DNA of 64,000 bases from Paramoeba atlantica (taxonomy: Eukaryota > Protista > Discosea): assembly GCA_977017575.1 (NCBI GenBank), contig CDRNVI010000059.1, positions 372,001-436,000 on the forward strand, in the 5' to 3' direction. Below are positions 11,872-24,900 of the stretch, one piece after another. The translations under genes were made by a program, and so were the position numbers. Below the pieces are notes generated by a model. That model made no database searches. It was not told where the DNA came from and was given only the letters and a program-made list of their open reading frames with translations. Position 1 is the first letter of the stretch. Each line of letters starts with the position of its first letter.

Positions 11872-13282
11872 AAGGCCTGAGCTGTGGTCGACCACCCGCT
11901 GAACTTAAGCATATCATTAAGCGGAGGAAAAGAAAACAACTGTGATTCCCCTAGTAGCGGCGAGCGAAGAGGGATTAGCCCAATCCGAATCGGATCACAT
12001 CCGAATTGTGGGGTAAGAGGTCTCAGGAAAGCCTGGACACTCGGACAAGTCTTCCTGGAACGGAGCGCCATAGAGGGTGAGAGCCCCTTGATCCGAGTCC
12101 TCCTCAGGCGGGATTAACTTGAGACTTGCGGAGTAGTACTGCTTGGGAATGCAGTGCGAAGGGCAGGTATACCTCTGCCAAGGCTAAATATCTTGGGAAG
12201 ACCGATAGCATACAAGTAGCGTGAGCGAAAGATGAAAAGCACTTTGGAGAGAGAGTGAAATAGCACCTGAAGCCGTCATAAGATAAGGGATGTACCACTA
12301 TCCAAGACGTGTGTAGGGCACCTCGGGGGCAACCCCGGGGTGTCTTCCGCACACGTCATGTCTGTCGCTGTTCCCACGCCGAGCAAGGGGGTTGGTGTGA
12401 TTTCGCACCTTCGTCACTTTTGTACTCGAGCGTGTGGTTGGGACAGTCTTACCCTTCGGGAGGGATGAAACGGTGGAGATCTCGGCTGCGGCTCCGTCCT
12501 GGGTTTGGAGCGTCTCCCGCCCTCGGGTGGGGGCCTCCGGCTCGGATGGGGTTCGCGGCAGGAGCTCCCGTGTTCGCTCTCCACAGACAGACTTTGAGAT
12601 GGCCATAGGCCACGATGGGGTTCATCCGCCCGTCTTGAAACACGGACCAAGGAGTCTAACAAGTATGCGAGTCATATACTGGAAAGGTATAAGGCGTACT
12701 GAAAGGGAAGCGCGTATGTCCGCGTGAGGTGTCAACCCGTTGTGCGGGGTTATGCCCCGCACCCGGGTGCAACACCGGCCGAGACTTGGCCATGGGCCGG
12801 GTTTTTGAGCCTGAGCATACATGTTGGGACCCGAAAGGTGGTGATCTATGCCTGAACAGGACGAAGCCGAGGGAAACCTGGGTGGAGGTCCGTAGCGATG
12901 TTGACGTGCAAATCACTCGTTGGATTTGGGTATAGGGGCGAAAGACTCATCGAACCACCTAGTAGCTGGTTCACCCCGAAGTTTCCCTCAGGATAGCTGG
13001 TGACAGTAAAGCAGTCGTGTGCGGTAAAGCAAATGATTAGAGGCATTGGCTTCAATTTGATGTCGACCTATTCTCAAACTTTAAACGTGCACAGCATTTG
13101 GCTTGCTTTCATGAAGCCAAAGGTAATGGATGATGTCACCAAGTGGGCCTCTTTCGGTAAGCGGAACAGGCGATGCGGAATGCTCCGCAAGGGAACTTAA
13201 GGCGCCTAAGTGCGGGCTCATAGATACCATGAAGGGTGTTCGTTGATCTAGACAGCAGGACGGTGGCCATGGAAGTCGGAAT

Positions 13283-13316
<34 letters not shown>

Positions 13317-14410
13317 TCAACCAGCCCCGAAAATGGATGGCGCTCAAGCCCGCCGCCGACAGTTCCCCGGAACTGTAACTGTGGGAGGGCACAAGAAACA
13401 CAGTTCCGTGTAGGGGTGCGTGGAGGCAAAGCTGCGAAGCCTTTGGCGTGAGCCTGGGTGGAGCTGCCTCTAGTGCAGATCTTGGTTGTAGTAGCGAATA
13501 TTCAACTGCGGAAATTCCGCGATATATCGTTGAAGGCTGAAGTGGGGAAGGGTTTCGTGTCAACGGCGATCGGACACGAGTCACTCGGTACTAAAGCCAA
13601 CGTTGGACCGCACTTGTGGAACGGGGTGATGGCCGCCCGGGCGCCGCGTTCGCTCACCTCGTGTGGGCGGGCGTCGATGCCTGGGAACTCTACGGCTCCA
13701 CCCAGTTGGCTGAAAGTAAAGCGGGCTTAACATTCCCGCAGCTGACCATGGGAATTTGAGGCGGTAACGCTTTTGAGACGATGCTGGTGACAGTGTGGGA
13801 CGGGCCCGGAAGAGTTCTCTTTTCTTTTGAATGGACTTCCCCCTCCGTTGAGTTCGCGTCGTGCGGTGACGCGGAAGGGGATCCAGCAAAGCCATGCATT
13901 TGTGCGTGGTAGGGAAACCGTCTCACGCTTCAGAAAAAGCCAGCGGGGTCCTATTTCCTGATGGCAGGCCGTACCCATATCCGCATCCGGTCCCCAAGCT
14001 TAGAAAGCTCTAGCCAATAGAACAAGGTAGTCTAAGGGAAGTCGGCAAATTAGATGCGTATGCTCGCGAGAAGCATTGGCTCTGAAGGCAAAGCTGTTGG
14101 GAGCCGGCAAGTCCCTGGGCTCAAGGTCCTGGCTGACGTGCCCGCGTCGCGTGCTCCGCCCGCCTTGCGTGGGTGGGGCGTGTGTGCTGCGGTGTCACGC
14201 TTGACGGGGCCTCCAGGGACTACGCCGACCCTTCGGGGACGGTGCAGCCGGGCAAACTCTCACAGCGCTGAATTGCTGTTTCAGAACTGCTTACCAAGGG
14301 GAATCCAACTGTATAATTAAAACACAGGCTTGCGACGCAGCCAAGTGCTGTATGACGCAAGCTGATTTCTGCCCAGTGCTCTGAATGTCAATGTGACGAG
14401 ATTCACCTAC

Positions 14411-14467
<57 letters not shown>

Positions 14468-15212
14468 TTCTAATTAGAGACGCGCATGAATGGATTAATG
14501 AGATTCCCACTGTCCCTAGCTACCATCTAGCGAACCAACTGCGTCAAGGGAACGGTCTTGAATGATTAAGCGGGGAAAGAAGACCCTGTTGAGTTTGACT
14601 CCAGTCTCAGTTTGCCGGGCGACATAGGAGGTGTAGTCATAGGTGGGAGGTGCTCGAAAGGGTGCCGGTTCTGAAAAACCACTTCTTTTATCGTTGCTCG
14701 GCAAATCCAATGATAAGGCAAAGGGAGTTATGTCTTAAGGGGCTTCACGGCTCCCAGGGCATTCGTGCACCGTCCGAGTCCTACGGGAAATTCAACGGTG
14801 CCAACTCACCTGTTGTAGCTCTAAACCCAGGTGCGGATGTACCAGGGTGAGCCTATGTTTGGAGACAAGACTGAGATGGGGAGTTTGGCTGGGGCGGCAT
14901 ATCTGCTAAACGACAACGCAGGTGTCCTAAGGCGAGCTCAGTGAGGACAGAAACCTCACGTGGCGCACAAGGGCAAAAGCTCGCTTGATCTTAGACTTTC
15001 AGTACGAGTCTAGAATGTGAAAGCATGGCCAGCGATCCTTTGAGCACGTACATTCAGGTATAATGCCAGAGGTGTCATAAAAATTACCACAGGGATAACT
15101 GGCTTGTGGCAGCCAAGCGTTCCTAGCGACGTTGCCGTTTGATCCTTCGATGTCGGCTCTTCCTAGCCTTGCGCCGCAGTTGACGCAAAGGGTCGGATTG
15201 TTCACCCGGATG

Positions 15213-15256
<44 letters not shown>

Positions 15257-15440
15257 TTACCCTACTTAATCAAACATTTCGGCAGGTTTGCCGAGGGAAA
15301 TACGAAGTAGTACGAGAGGAACTTTCGTTTCGCCTCCCTAGCAACAGCGGCCCTTTGAAAAGAGGCGCCGCAAGACCACCAGGCGATGATTAACAGCTGA
15401 ACGCCTCTTAAGCTGGAAATCAATCCCGAAGCAAACTTGG
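11872..15440 (+). rRNA. Large-subunit rRNA (28S equivalent; 3' end approximate)
   Basis: ACCCGCTGAACTTAAGCATAT near the start; CCCGTCTTGAAACACGGACCAAGG; GGGAGTAACTATGACTCTCTTAAGGTAGCC; peptidyl-transferase-region motifs; sarcin-ricin loop AGTACGAGAGGAAC at ~15309; GCTGAACGCCTCTTAAGC near 15400. Confidence 0.97.
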
Positions 15441-15565
15441 GCCTTCTAGGCCACTTGGGCGCAAAACGCGAGCGCGAAAACCATAATTACTCAAGTAATA
15501 CGCGCGGTAGTAACCCTACCCCTATGAAAGAGCGGAGCGTCCAATCACACCCGGAACAGACGATT

Positions 15566-16620
15566 CCTTATGCACGACCTGGTGTAAGTGTTGGAGGAAC
15601 CTCGGTTCCGACTCACTGAGCCCGTGTACGTGCCCATAGGTGCAATTTTGCAATTCAATCTACCTAACAAGGAGTAGGTAACAAGGCCTAACTTAGGCAA
15701 CAACAAGGCAATAGTCTTGACACACACACTCAGATCCCTGCATGGGATCTCACAAACGTGCATTCCATATAAACAACCACAGGGGTGGTCAATAAAAAAG
15801 GACCCCACATTCTCGTCACCAACATCCACGGTGAGTCCTGCACAACCCTCTCTCTTCAAGCTTATACAGCTTCCTCACTATATAAATGAAACAGATGTAG
15901 AGCACATAGCAGGTGTGCTATGTGTGATCATGTGTTGATACACTCTCACTCCACGGTCAAGTCTCAACAACCTCATGGTTGGGTCAGACACCCACTCACA
16001 CGACAACAAAGTCCTTATGCACGACCTGGTGTAAGTGTTGGAGGAACCTCGGTTCCGACTCACTGAGCCCGTGTACGTGCCCATAGGTGCAATTTTGCAA
16101 TTCAATCTACCTAACAAGGAGTAAACAAAGATAACACAAAGGTGTTATGCCTTGATCACAGAGACAAAACCGTCTCGATCACAAAGACTCCGCATTACAG
16201 TGTGGGGATCTCAGGAACGTGCTTCTCATGTGCACAAGAATGTATGTGTTCCACATGCACGAGAGGTACATAAAGCGCTTCATGGTAGTCTCATGGTTGG
16301 GTCAGACACCCACTCACACGACAACAAAGTCTTTATGCACGACCTGGTGTAAGTGTTGGAGGAATCTCCTTAACAAAGATATAGGAGTAAACAAAGGCCA
16401 TGTCTTGATCACAAAGACGCTCCGCATTACGGCGTGGAGATCTCAGGAACGTGCTTCTCATGTGCACAAGAACATGTGTGAATCAACACACTACCTTCTT
16501 ACTTAACCTCTTTTACACACAGCTTGGGTCTTACGGCATACACAAGAGTAGGTGCATACGACGCATAAGACAAAAAAATCAGAATGATCTAGTTGAAAGA
16601 ACCTCCGTTCCGACTCACTG
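15566..16620. repeat. Modular rDNA spacer repeats
   Basis: CCTTATGCACGACCTGGTGTAAGTGTTGGAGGA recurs at ~15566, 16013, 16331 and also at ~6000; other modules (CCTCGGTTCCGACTCACTG; TCTCAGGAACGTGCTTCTCATGTGCACAAGAA) are shuffled between copies. Confidence 0.85.
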
Positions 16621-16796
16621 TACTACCACTTTGTTCCACAGATCGCTCTGTTTTTAACCGGATGGGAGTGGCTTAGTATGATTGAAATGGATTGAATGCG
16701 TAACGACGCCTCCAATCCCTCCACCGAGGCACGGCATCCACACCGCAGTGAGGATGATGCGTGCGCAAGAGTTAGTACTGTCTGAGAATAAAAAAA

Positions 16797-16832
16797 TCAA
16801 CAAGGTACAGAAACTGTATCTCTATCGTTACC
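16797..16832 (-). other. Spliced-leader exon-like sequence without a GT donor
   Basis: Minus strand reads TAACGATAGAGATACAGTTTCTGTACCTTGTTG; ACAGTTTCTGTAC is the conserved euglenozoan SL core. Confidence 0.45.
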
Positions 16833-17855
16833 GTGTACATGCCTCTAAGTGCAATTTCGCAAATCAACGAAAACAAATGATCCTTCACAGGGCAGACATA
16901 CTCATGACTCTGCTTTCAAGGCACTGCAGTCATGAGCTGCAGTCATTTTGGGGGCGAGGTTGTCCAGTGATTGACTGCTCGTTACACTCGCTTAGCGATG
17001 AATTCCGATCCTTCATCCCTTCGTCAAAGTCATCCCACTTCCGATTTACGTCATCTATCTTCCCGGAATACGGGAAATTCGTTTTTGAGTGGGAATGTTC
17101 TATGAGAGAGAAAGCACTGAGTATGGAGAGGAAAGCTAGTGAACAAGAGAGCCAAACTACAAATTTTATAAGTAGTGCACGTGAATTTGTTCCGTACATC
17201 GATAAGTAGCGTACCTGGATAAGTAGCGTGCTTGGGGGCACAGATGGGCGTTGTAGTAGTTTGGATGAGTACTCATCGAAACGACCTCTGCACATGGTAC
17301 TTTGGATGAGTACTTTTCACTATATTACCAACGTCTGACTCTGTAAGGCTAAACTGTGAACGTAGCCCTGGGACACGTGTGCTTCTCTCTAGATTCGTGG
17401 GAAGCAATTTGCGAAGCCCAACTACTTGATAACAAATTTTAGTACCCATTTTGGCCGCGCGGGGGCCCCCGCGTGAGCGGGGGTGCGCGCGGCCGCGAAA
17501 CGGCGAGGGCCCGCGTGAGCGGGCCTGAGCCGTACCCCGCGTAGGATTCCCCTGTGCGTCGTTAGTGGGAAGCAATTTGCGAAGCTCACCGATTTTCGTA
17601 GTTTTCTCTACGCAGGCGTTGTCAACGTATGTAGTGAAGTGTAGGATACTGAACGCACGGAAAACGAAAATCAAAAAAAAATCTTGGGTGTTCCACAAAA
17701 GTCCTTGACTTATGCAAAAGTCCTTGACTTCCACCGGCGCTGAGAACCTATGTCTGCCACTTCCGCAGGATTGTGTATTTTTGTACTATATTGCATCACC
17801 TATAACCTGGCAACAATTTACGTGATTGCTGACTACGGAAGAAAGTACTCATGAG

Positions 17856-18262
17856 ATGCGCCACGGAAGAAAGTACTCATCCAAAGTACCATGTGCAGAG
17901 GTCGTTTCAATGAGTACTCATCCAAACTACCATGTGAAGAGGTCGTTTCGATGAGTACTCATCCAAACTACCATGTGAAGAGGTCGTTTCGATGAGTACT
18001 CATCCAAACTACCATGTTAAGAGGTCGTTTCAATGAGTACTCATCCAAACTACCATGTGAAGAGGTCGTTTCAATGAGTACTCATCCAAACTACCATGTG
18101 AAGAGGTCGTTTCAATGAGTACGCATCCAAACTACCATGTGAAGAGGTCGTTTCAATGAGTACTCATCCAAACTACCATGTGAAGAGGTCGTTTCAATGA
18201 GTACTCATCCAAACTACCATGTGAAGAGGTCATTTCGATGAGTACTCATCCAAACTACCATT
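17856..18262. repeat. 41-bp tandem array (~9.5 units) with palindromic TGAGTACTCA core
   Basis: AAACTACCATG recurs at 17924, 17965, 18006 and onward (period 41); inverted units at ~17246-17320 and ~18276-18405. Confidence 0.95.
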
Positions 18263-18433
18263 ACAACGCGATTTATGGTAGTTTGGATGAGTACTTCCAT
18301 TTTCGTCGGAGGCCGGTGATAGTAGTTTGGATGAGTACTCATCGAAACTACCACAACCCCCTAGGAGGTAATGGTAGTTTGGATGAGTACTCATCGGAAC
18401 TACCACAATCCCCACAGATGCATCGAGCTCCCT

Positions 18434-18524
18434 CTGAAAAAGTGACAGCTGGCCACCCTATGAAAAAGTGGCCACCTGGCCCCGCTTTGAAGAAGTGGCC
18501 ACCTGGCCACCCTATGAAAAAGTG
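18434..18524. repeat. Short 27-bp minisatellite block preceding block X'
   Basis: About 3 units of the same repeat as 6250-7888. Confidence 0.9.
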
Positions 18525-19553
18525 TGGTGTCCGGGTGATAGCCAGGCACGATCCAAAATTTACTGCTTTTAGCCGCGTGCTCCAGGCTATGAAATCATAG
18601 CTTTTGCCGCACTGCACACTTTTTAGGCTGTGCGCACTACGGACGGCACATCGGCCAAGCATCCAATGATCATTTGTTAGTGTGTATGGGTATTTACCCT
18701 AGTTTCCTAGTGTTTCGTTGTGTTAACACTGGGTAACTCCATACGCGGGAAAGAATCTGTCCTACTTTTTTAGCACCTTGATTTATTGGTGACGGGCAGA
18801 CTCTTTCCGCGGCATTCCTCACACCCTAGTTCTTTGGCGCCTTGTTTTGTTGCCGCCGGGTGCTGGAATTGCTATTTTTGGAGATGAAAAAGGTCCAAAA
18901 AGTTGTTCACCCACTCACTGTAATCCTGTAAGAAACCCCTTTTGTCCTACAAGTGGGGTCGTAGCGCAAGCTTCTCTCGCGAGAGACTTCCCTATGTCGG
19001 TCCTCGTACTCTTTTGAAGCGGGGCTGAGACAACTTTCACACCGTTGGCGGTGCAGGTGGTGAAAGAGAAAAAATTAGAGATCAGCAATGAGGGGATTCA
19101 CGCGGCGACGTAGGCATTGAACAAGGGTTTTCTTTCTCAAAAGTTTCTACAGAAAGTGTGTGTTTCCACTCACGCACCTCACTGGAGACACCCCATTAAC
19201 TGGGTAGCGCGAGACTTGCTAACCAACGCTTAAGTGAATCTCGTGTTGCGTCAGGCTCTGCTTTGCTTGTATTCGCTAAAACTACACTGCTCCGGATTGT
19301 TAGAATTGAAGATTTTTATGCTTTGGTCTCTGCTGGAGATGGGGTAGGATTATCTCTCCCACCTGACACATCCAAAAGGATATCTAGACAACATCATCCC
19401 GTTCGGTTAATAAGAAAGGGGTGCTTAACGAAAAAGTGGTGCTTAGCAAAGAAGGGGTGGGTTGCCTGGAAAAGTAACGTACCTTCTTGGTTTCCCGAAA
19501 CGATTTATTCCGTGAGATCCCGATGATTGCGGGCTCCTTAGTCCTTCCCGAGA
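18525..19553 (+). repeat. Block X', second copy of the pre-18S block, not followed by 18S
   Basis: Near-identical to 7889-8906; diverges after CCTTCCCGAGA into unique sequence. Confidence 0.9.
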
Positions 19554-20585
19554 AGAAGCGCACCCAGTTGCTCTTTTGTCAAATTTCGATAACTGTGAGA
19601 AACAAGCAACAACGACGGCCTCAGTTTGGATCTTCCGCGACAAGAACATGGCGGGTAACTGGATAAGCAAGAGTGGAAGTAGAGTTCATCGATGCGCTAA
19701 AAGAAAATTGTATTTCGCATAGTTTATGATCACACTTATAACTCTTGAAAGCCTAAGTTCGTACAGAAATTGTTGGAAGTGGTTCATATAGAATTACACA
19801 GTTGAACATTATAAACCCAGCTTCATCAAAAATGGCCCCCCACTTTTGTTTCGTACAAATGTCCGTTTGAGCTGATTTTTGTACCATTTTGCAGATCTCA
19901 CAGGAACTTTGCGCGCTTACAGAGAACACCGCAACAGAGAACACCGATTTTTTATAATGTACAATTACAATTTTTTTTCACTCTTCCGCCTTTCAATCTT
20001 ATACACTTAGGACCAACTTAGGACCGTATTGTCGACCACATTTTGAGATAAACAAGACCACACTTTATGTACACATCGGATGAATGAAGGCTTATCCGAT
20101 GGGGTCTGTTCGTAGAAATATATAATGAGGGGGGAATCTACCTCGCTCAATGTTTTTACTTACGTCATACTCGTCATACATGTGTCAAACATTAATCCTC
20201 CAACGATTCCTTCCAACGATTCGGTTCGTCCGGGCCGCGGAAAGTACATACGTAAACGTTCGGCTTTCCAGGAAGTGGTTTCAAGTGAGAAGATCCGTGT
20301 CCTTTACAAGAAGGAGGAGAAAGCAAGCCATGATTACTCATCCAGGTCTCTAAGCGTCTACCCTCTAGAATATCACGCACACTTCGCCACGTAAGGCCGA
20401 ATGCGAACCCCAAGCATCCAGTGCACAAGGGGCAAAAAATATAATAGTTGGGCCTAGCCTCCACACACGTAAACTAGGTGTCGTAGTATAGGGAAACAAT
20501 ACGCCTACTTTTAAAGTGAAGTAATACACTTTTAGTGAAGTAATATTCTCTTGAGTACTTGTCATTTTTTAACTTATTTTAACTC

Positions 20586-21536
20586 ATGCTTACCCAACAC
20601 GAATTATCTAAGAGTAGCATGCAAACTGAAAGTGTTTACGACATTTGGGCCTCCGATCATGGCAACAACTTGTGCGAATCCAAACTTTCTGACAACGAAA
20701 ATGCACTCGAGGATAAAAAACTGGATGAGGCGTTTGCTGGATTGAAACCGAAGCGGTCGGCTCGCACGGTGCTACCCCCCGTGCCTGTATTTTCATCTCA
20801 CCCTAAACACGTGTCCGATGGTGTGGATTTTTCGTATGCCTCACCCTCCTATCCCCACTCGGGTCAGTCCATTAACCCCGACCCCGTGGAGCATGAAAAA
20901 GCACTTCAACTCGCTGTGGCGATGCTTTCTAAAAAAGAGGAGAAGCAAAAAAGGGTCCTTGCTCGTATCCGTGGCGCTGATCTTAAAAAATCCACGAATG
21001 ACGCTCGTCCGGTCGAGTCTCCAATTCTTGAGGAGATAGCCAACGACGAATCCCTACAAAACGTAAATTCGCGTCGAAAAACAAAAAAAGAGCGTAGACT
21101 TCACCGTGAGCGTAAAATTCATCTCTCCATGGCCTCCAAGCAGCAAACCCGACAACGGGTTCTTGAAAAAGATATTCAAAACATTGAAAAGTACAAAAAG
21201 GAGATCGAGAACAAAATAAAAGCGCGTGAGGCCCCACGTGGTTTACCCCAGCGTAATCGAAAGTACGGGAAGCACGCTGTACTTCGTAGGGCGATGGATA
21301 TCCTGCCGGAGGCCCCCGAGTGTCTCCGGGACGCCTCCGGGGGCTCCACCCACCCCCTGGAGGAGATGTACGAGAGGGCGCAGTGCCAGGGGAGGGTGGA
21401 GGCCACACGGAAGCACACCGCGAAGACGCGGAGGGTTTCCCGCTCACGCTGGGTTTGGGTCTCCGATGACAAGCACCATGTCACGCGACAAGGGCCCGCG
21501 GCCACGGATGAGGGGTCGCGTAAAAGAAAGCGGTGA
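20586..21536 (+). CDS. NOP53: Nop53/GLTSCR2-like 60S biogenesis factor
   Basis: DIWASD; PHSGQSINPDPVEHEKAL; basic RRKTKKERR; C-terminal LRDASG..LEEMYERAQCQGRVE pattern typical of Nop53. Confidence 0.7.
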   Translation: MLTQHELSKSSMQTESVYDIWASDHGNNLCESKLSDNENALEDKKLDEAFAGLKPKRSARTVLPPVPVFSSHPKHVSDGVDFSYASPSYPHSGQSINPDPVEHEKALQLAVAMLSKKEEKQKRVLARIRGADLKKSTNDARPVESPILEEIANDESLQNVNSRRKTKKERRLHRERKIHLSMASKQQTRQRVLEKDIQNIEKYKKEIENKIKAREAPRGLPQRNRKYGKHAVLRRAMDILPEAPECLRDASGGSTHPLEEMYERAQCQGRVEATRKHTAKTRRVSRSRWVWVSDDKHHVTRQGPAATDEGSRKRKR

Positions 21537-21943
21537 AGTCAGGAAATTTGTAGGGTTGTTGCGGGCTGACTTCCACGTGAGTAACAGGCTGAGGAAAGCG
21601 GAGTGAACGCATCACAAAGGTAGTCTTGGTGTCGGGGCCATTGAAATGCTACGTGACCTGATGCCTCAGACTGCTTTGTGTACTCTTCGTATTTAAGCAT
21701 AGTCGTTGCGCTGGTCGGAAGTTTTGATATTTTTTGTGTGGTAGTTTTGGGTATTTCATGTTTTACACTTTTTCTCATGAGTTTGTATTGATCTAGAAAT
21801 ATCGGTCACAACTTGGTCTTGTGTAAACAAACATATCTCTATTTTGTGTGTTTGCACGACATGTATGCGGTATTTCGTATTTCAACGTGGTTAGATGCTA
21901 GTGAGACGGTTGCTTTTCCTTTTTTCAAACATTTCCCGCTCAA

Positions 21944-24900
21944 ATGAATTCTGTTCTCGATAGCCTTCAAAACCTTCAGCAATACTTTCAGAGTTCGTAC
22001 GACCTTCCGGTGTTTTTAAGCACGAATCGCACGCTTTTGCACTCTTTGCACGGGAAATCATTAGAACACTTACAGGGATCAGACAATCATCCTTCTTCGG
22101 CATCGATCATCGAGGCACTTGTCTCTGAAAGCGAAAACCTTTCAGATACGACTACCCATCCGTCCATAGTTGACACGGATGGCAATGCTTTCGCATCCAA
22201 TGCCTTATGGGATTTCGGAAGTCTTTTTGAGCAAATGATCCAATTAAACCGTTTTGATTCAACCCTGTCGTTTGATCCTAACGAGTCGCCTTCTCCCGAG
22301 TCGAATTCTAAGGTTCCAGCTAAACCAACGCTTGAACGCGAGTGTCCCGTTTGGAATGATTTACTCCTTCATTGCGGGACGGACACAACCTCCGAGAAAA
22401 CCAAAACAGAAGTACAGTTTCCTGGTCCCATGGCATGCACGTTGTCACGACGAACACTAAAAACGCTATGTGATCCACACATTACTTTTCTAGCCGCAGA
22501 GAAGTCGGACGGGCTACGTTCTCTTCTCTACGTGCTCCATGAGCCTCACTTCCCGCAGTGGTCGGTGCAACCCCTCCCCCAGAACCCACCCCCAGCTCCT
22601 CCTTTGATCTATTTCGGTCTTATGGATATTTTAGCTCTCGAAACGGCATTAGCACAATTACTGTCCCACCGTACCGATTCCAATGATCTTCTCGAGGACA
22701 CCTCTTCCTTAGTCTCTTGTGTGTCTCTTTCCAAAGACGTGCGTAATCTGTTTCACCCCTCCAGTGCCTCCATGACCTCTTCTTTTCTCTATTACTTGTC
22801 GTTTTCTTCAACAACAACATATTCAAAAACAGAAAAAACAACAGAATCAACCGAATGCGACCCCCACACGAGCAAACCCGAAAACTCATTTCTCTTAACT
22901 TTGCGTGAGATCAAAGGGTTCGAGTCGGAGGCCGTTGGCTCTTTTACACTGACCCGATCCCCCCGGCCCGGTCGCTTCTTCTCCTATTTCATCGACCGGC
23001 GCGCGGACGGGCTGTATCTGCTCAACGAGGAGTTAGCCTTCGCCCCCCACGCGCTGTGCAGTGCGGTATGCGACGGGGAGCTCGTGATGAATTTAAAGCA
23101 GCGGCGACTGAGTTACCTGATGTTTGATCTCGCAGGGGTACGGCTGTGGGGGAAGAGACAACCTCCGGGAGGTTGTGTGGACTCGAGCGAAAATCGAATC
23201 AACCCATCGAATGGATTTGTGGCCCCTTCGTGTACCTTTCATGCGCTAGGTCGGGATGGGGTTACATCGCTTCGTGCTCGTGTTCGTTTGTTGGATAGGG
23301 TTTTGATTGAAGGCCATTACGCGGCCCATGCGATGCGAAACACGAATCTGCCGAAAAGTTTGCAGCTTTTGCCGAAAACGTATTTTAGGCTATCCGAGCT
23401 TCCGGCTCTCGTGGCGAAGTTAGAGAGGACTTCAATAGGGGACAACGAAAAGGGGGAAACGGGGAAAACAAATTTTGATGAAACGAAACAACGAAATAAA
23501 AATGGTTTTCACCATCGCTACACCTACGAGGGGCATCACTGGAACGATGGGATTATCTTTGCTCCGGATTCTCCGGAGTTTTATCCCTTTGTGCCGCGCT
23601 CCGTGCCGTTGTTGTTGAAATGGAAATGGCCGGAGGCGGAGACGGTGGATTGGTGGGTGCAGTCGAGCACCGCAGCAGCTCGTGGGGGTTCGAAAAAGGA
23701 AGAGAGCGAGGAAAAGAAGGCTGGGGTGAAAAAATCAAGATTTTCCTCCCGGGGGTCGTCGGAGGCTGCGTCATCTTCAGTCATGCATGCCCTCTATTTC
23801 CATATTAAAAAATACCAAAAGGGGACGGTTGCGTTTTCGGAACATGTGAGGTATAAAACTACATTGCTGGACGTTACAGCACTGGGGATAAGTCCCTCTT
23901 CGGCTTGCTTCCAAAACGGCTGTGTGGTGGAGTGTGGCTGGGACTCGAGTAGAGCCCGATGGGTCGCGAAACGACTACGACCGGAGAAAAAAAACGCAAA
24001 CGCGTTTCACACCGCATTCTCCGTTCTGGAAGCGATTACCGAACAGTTGGAGCTTCCAGAGTTGTTATCCCATATTCAAAGCTCTTCCTCCGGAAACGCT
24101 TCTTTTTTAAAACCAAATTCTGAGACCCATTCCCCTGTTTTGACCTCAAATCCGGACTTTTCTCCTTCCTCCCACCCCCTCCCCTACACCTGTTTACCGG
24201 AAACTTACTTTTATCTCCGGGCTTCTGTCGAAAAATCGAAAAAGATTCTTATCCATCTCCAAACCTTAGTAAAAACCAAAGCCCAGCGCCATCCCCTCCC
24301 GATGAATCTCCTCGAGCTCTCCAGCTGTGTCGGATTAAACACAAATTCACACGAAATGCTTTTTGCGGTTTTGCTCCTTGCCTTAGCCAACCACGGGGGC
24401 AGCGTGACGTACTCGAGGCTGCGGGTCCGGGCCTACTTTGAGCCCAGGACGGGGAGCTGGGTGTTAACGCAGCTGGTAGGGGAGTGCGGGCAAAAGGGGA
24501 ATCATCACAATCCTAAAGTGGAGGCCACAAGCGTGTTGAACCATTTGGAAGCCCAAGCAGTGGTGCTGGGGCAGGACCCGGAGGTTGTGTTTGTGGGGGA
24601 AAAAGGGGAAATGGAAGACAACGAAGAAAAGGAAGAAATGAAAACCATCAAGAGGTTAGAGGACGAAACACAGAGAAGAGACCACGGCAGGTTTTCGAAG
24701 GAAAAAGGGGAAAGAGAATTTGAAAACAGAGAAGACACCCAGCAAAACGGTTGGTTAATCCCAAAAGGTGTTTTTCCGCACATTCCCGAAAAATGTTTTT
24801 ATCATGACGTAAAGGCACACTCGAGCTGCTCTTCTTCATCTTCTGCTGCTGCTGCTGCTTCTGTTTTTCACCACTATGACAATCGTGCACGTGAACAAAA

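Noticed and set aside
9749-15205. Short ORFs overlapping the rRNA genes
   Set aside because: Chance ORFs within conserved rRNA.
16682-17209. 175-aa ORF in the rDNA spacer
   Set aside because: No recognisable motif; cannot be supported without a search.
17856-18262. CRISPR-like array
   Set aside because: Units are head-to-tail with no unique spacers, there are no cas genes, and the context is eukaryotic. The same applies to the 27-bp and 18-bp arrays.
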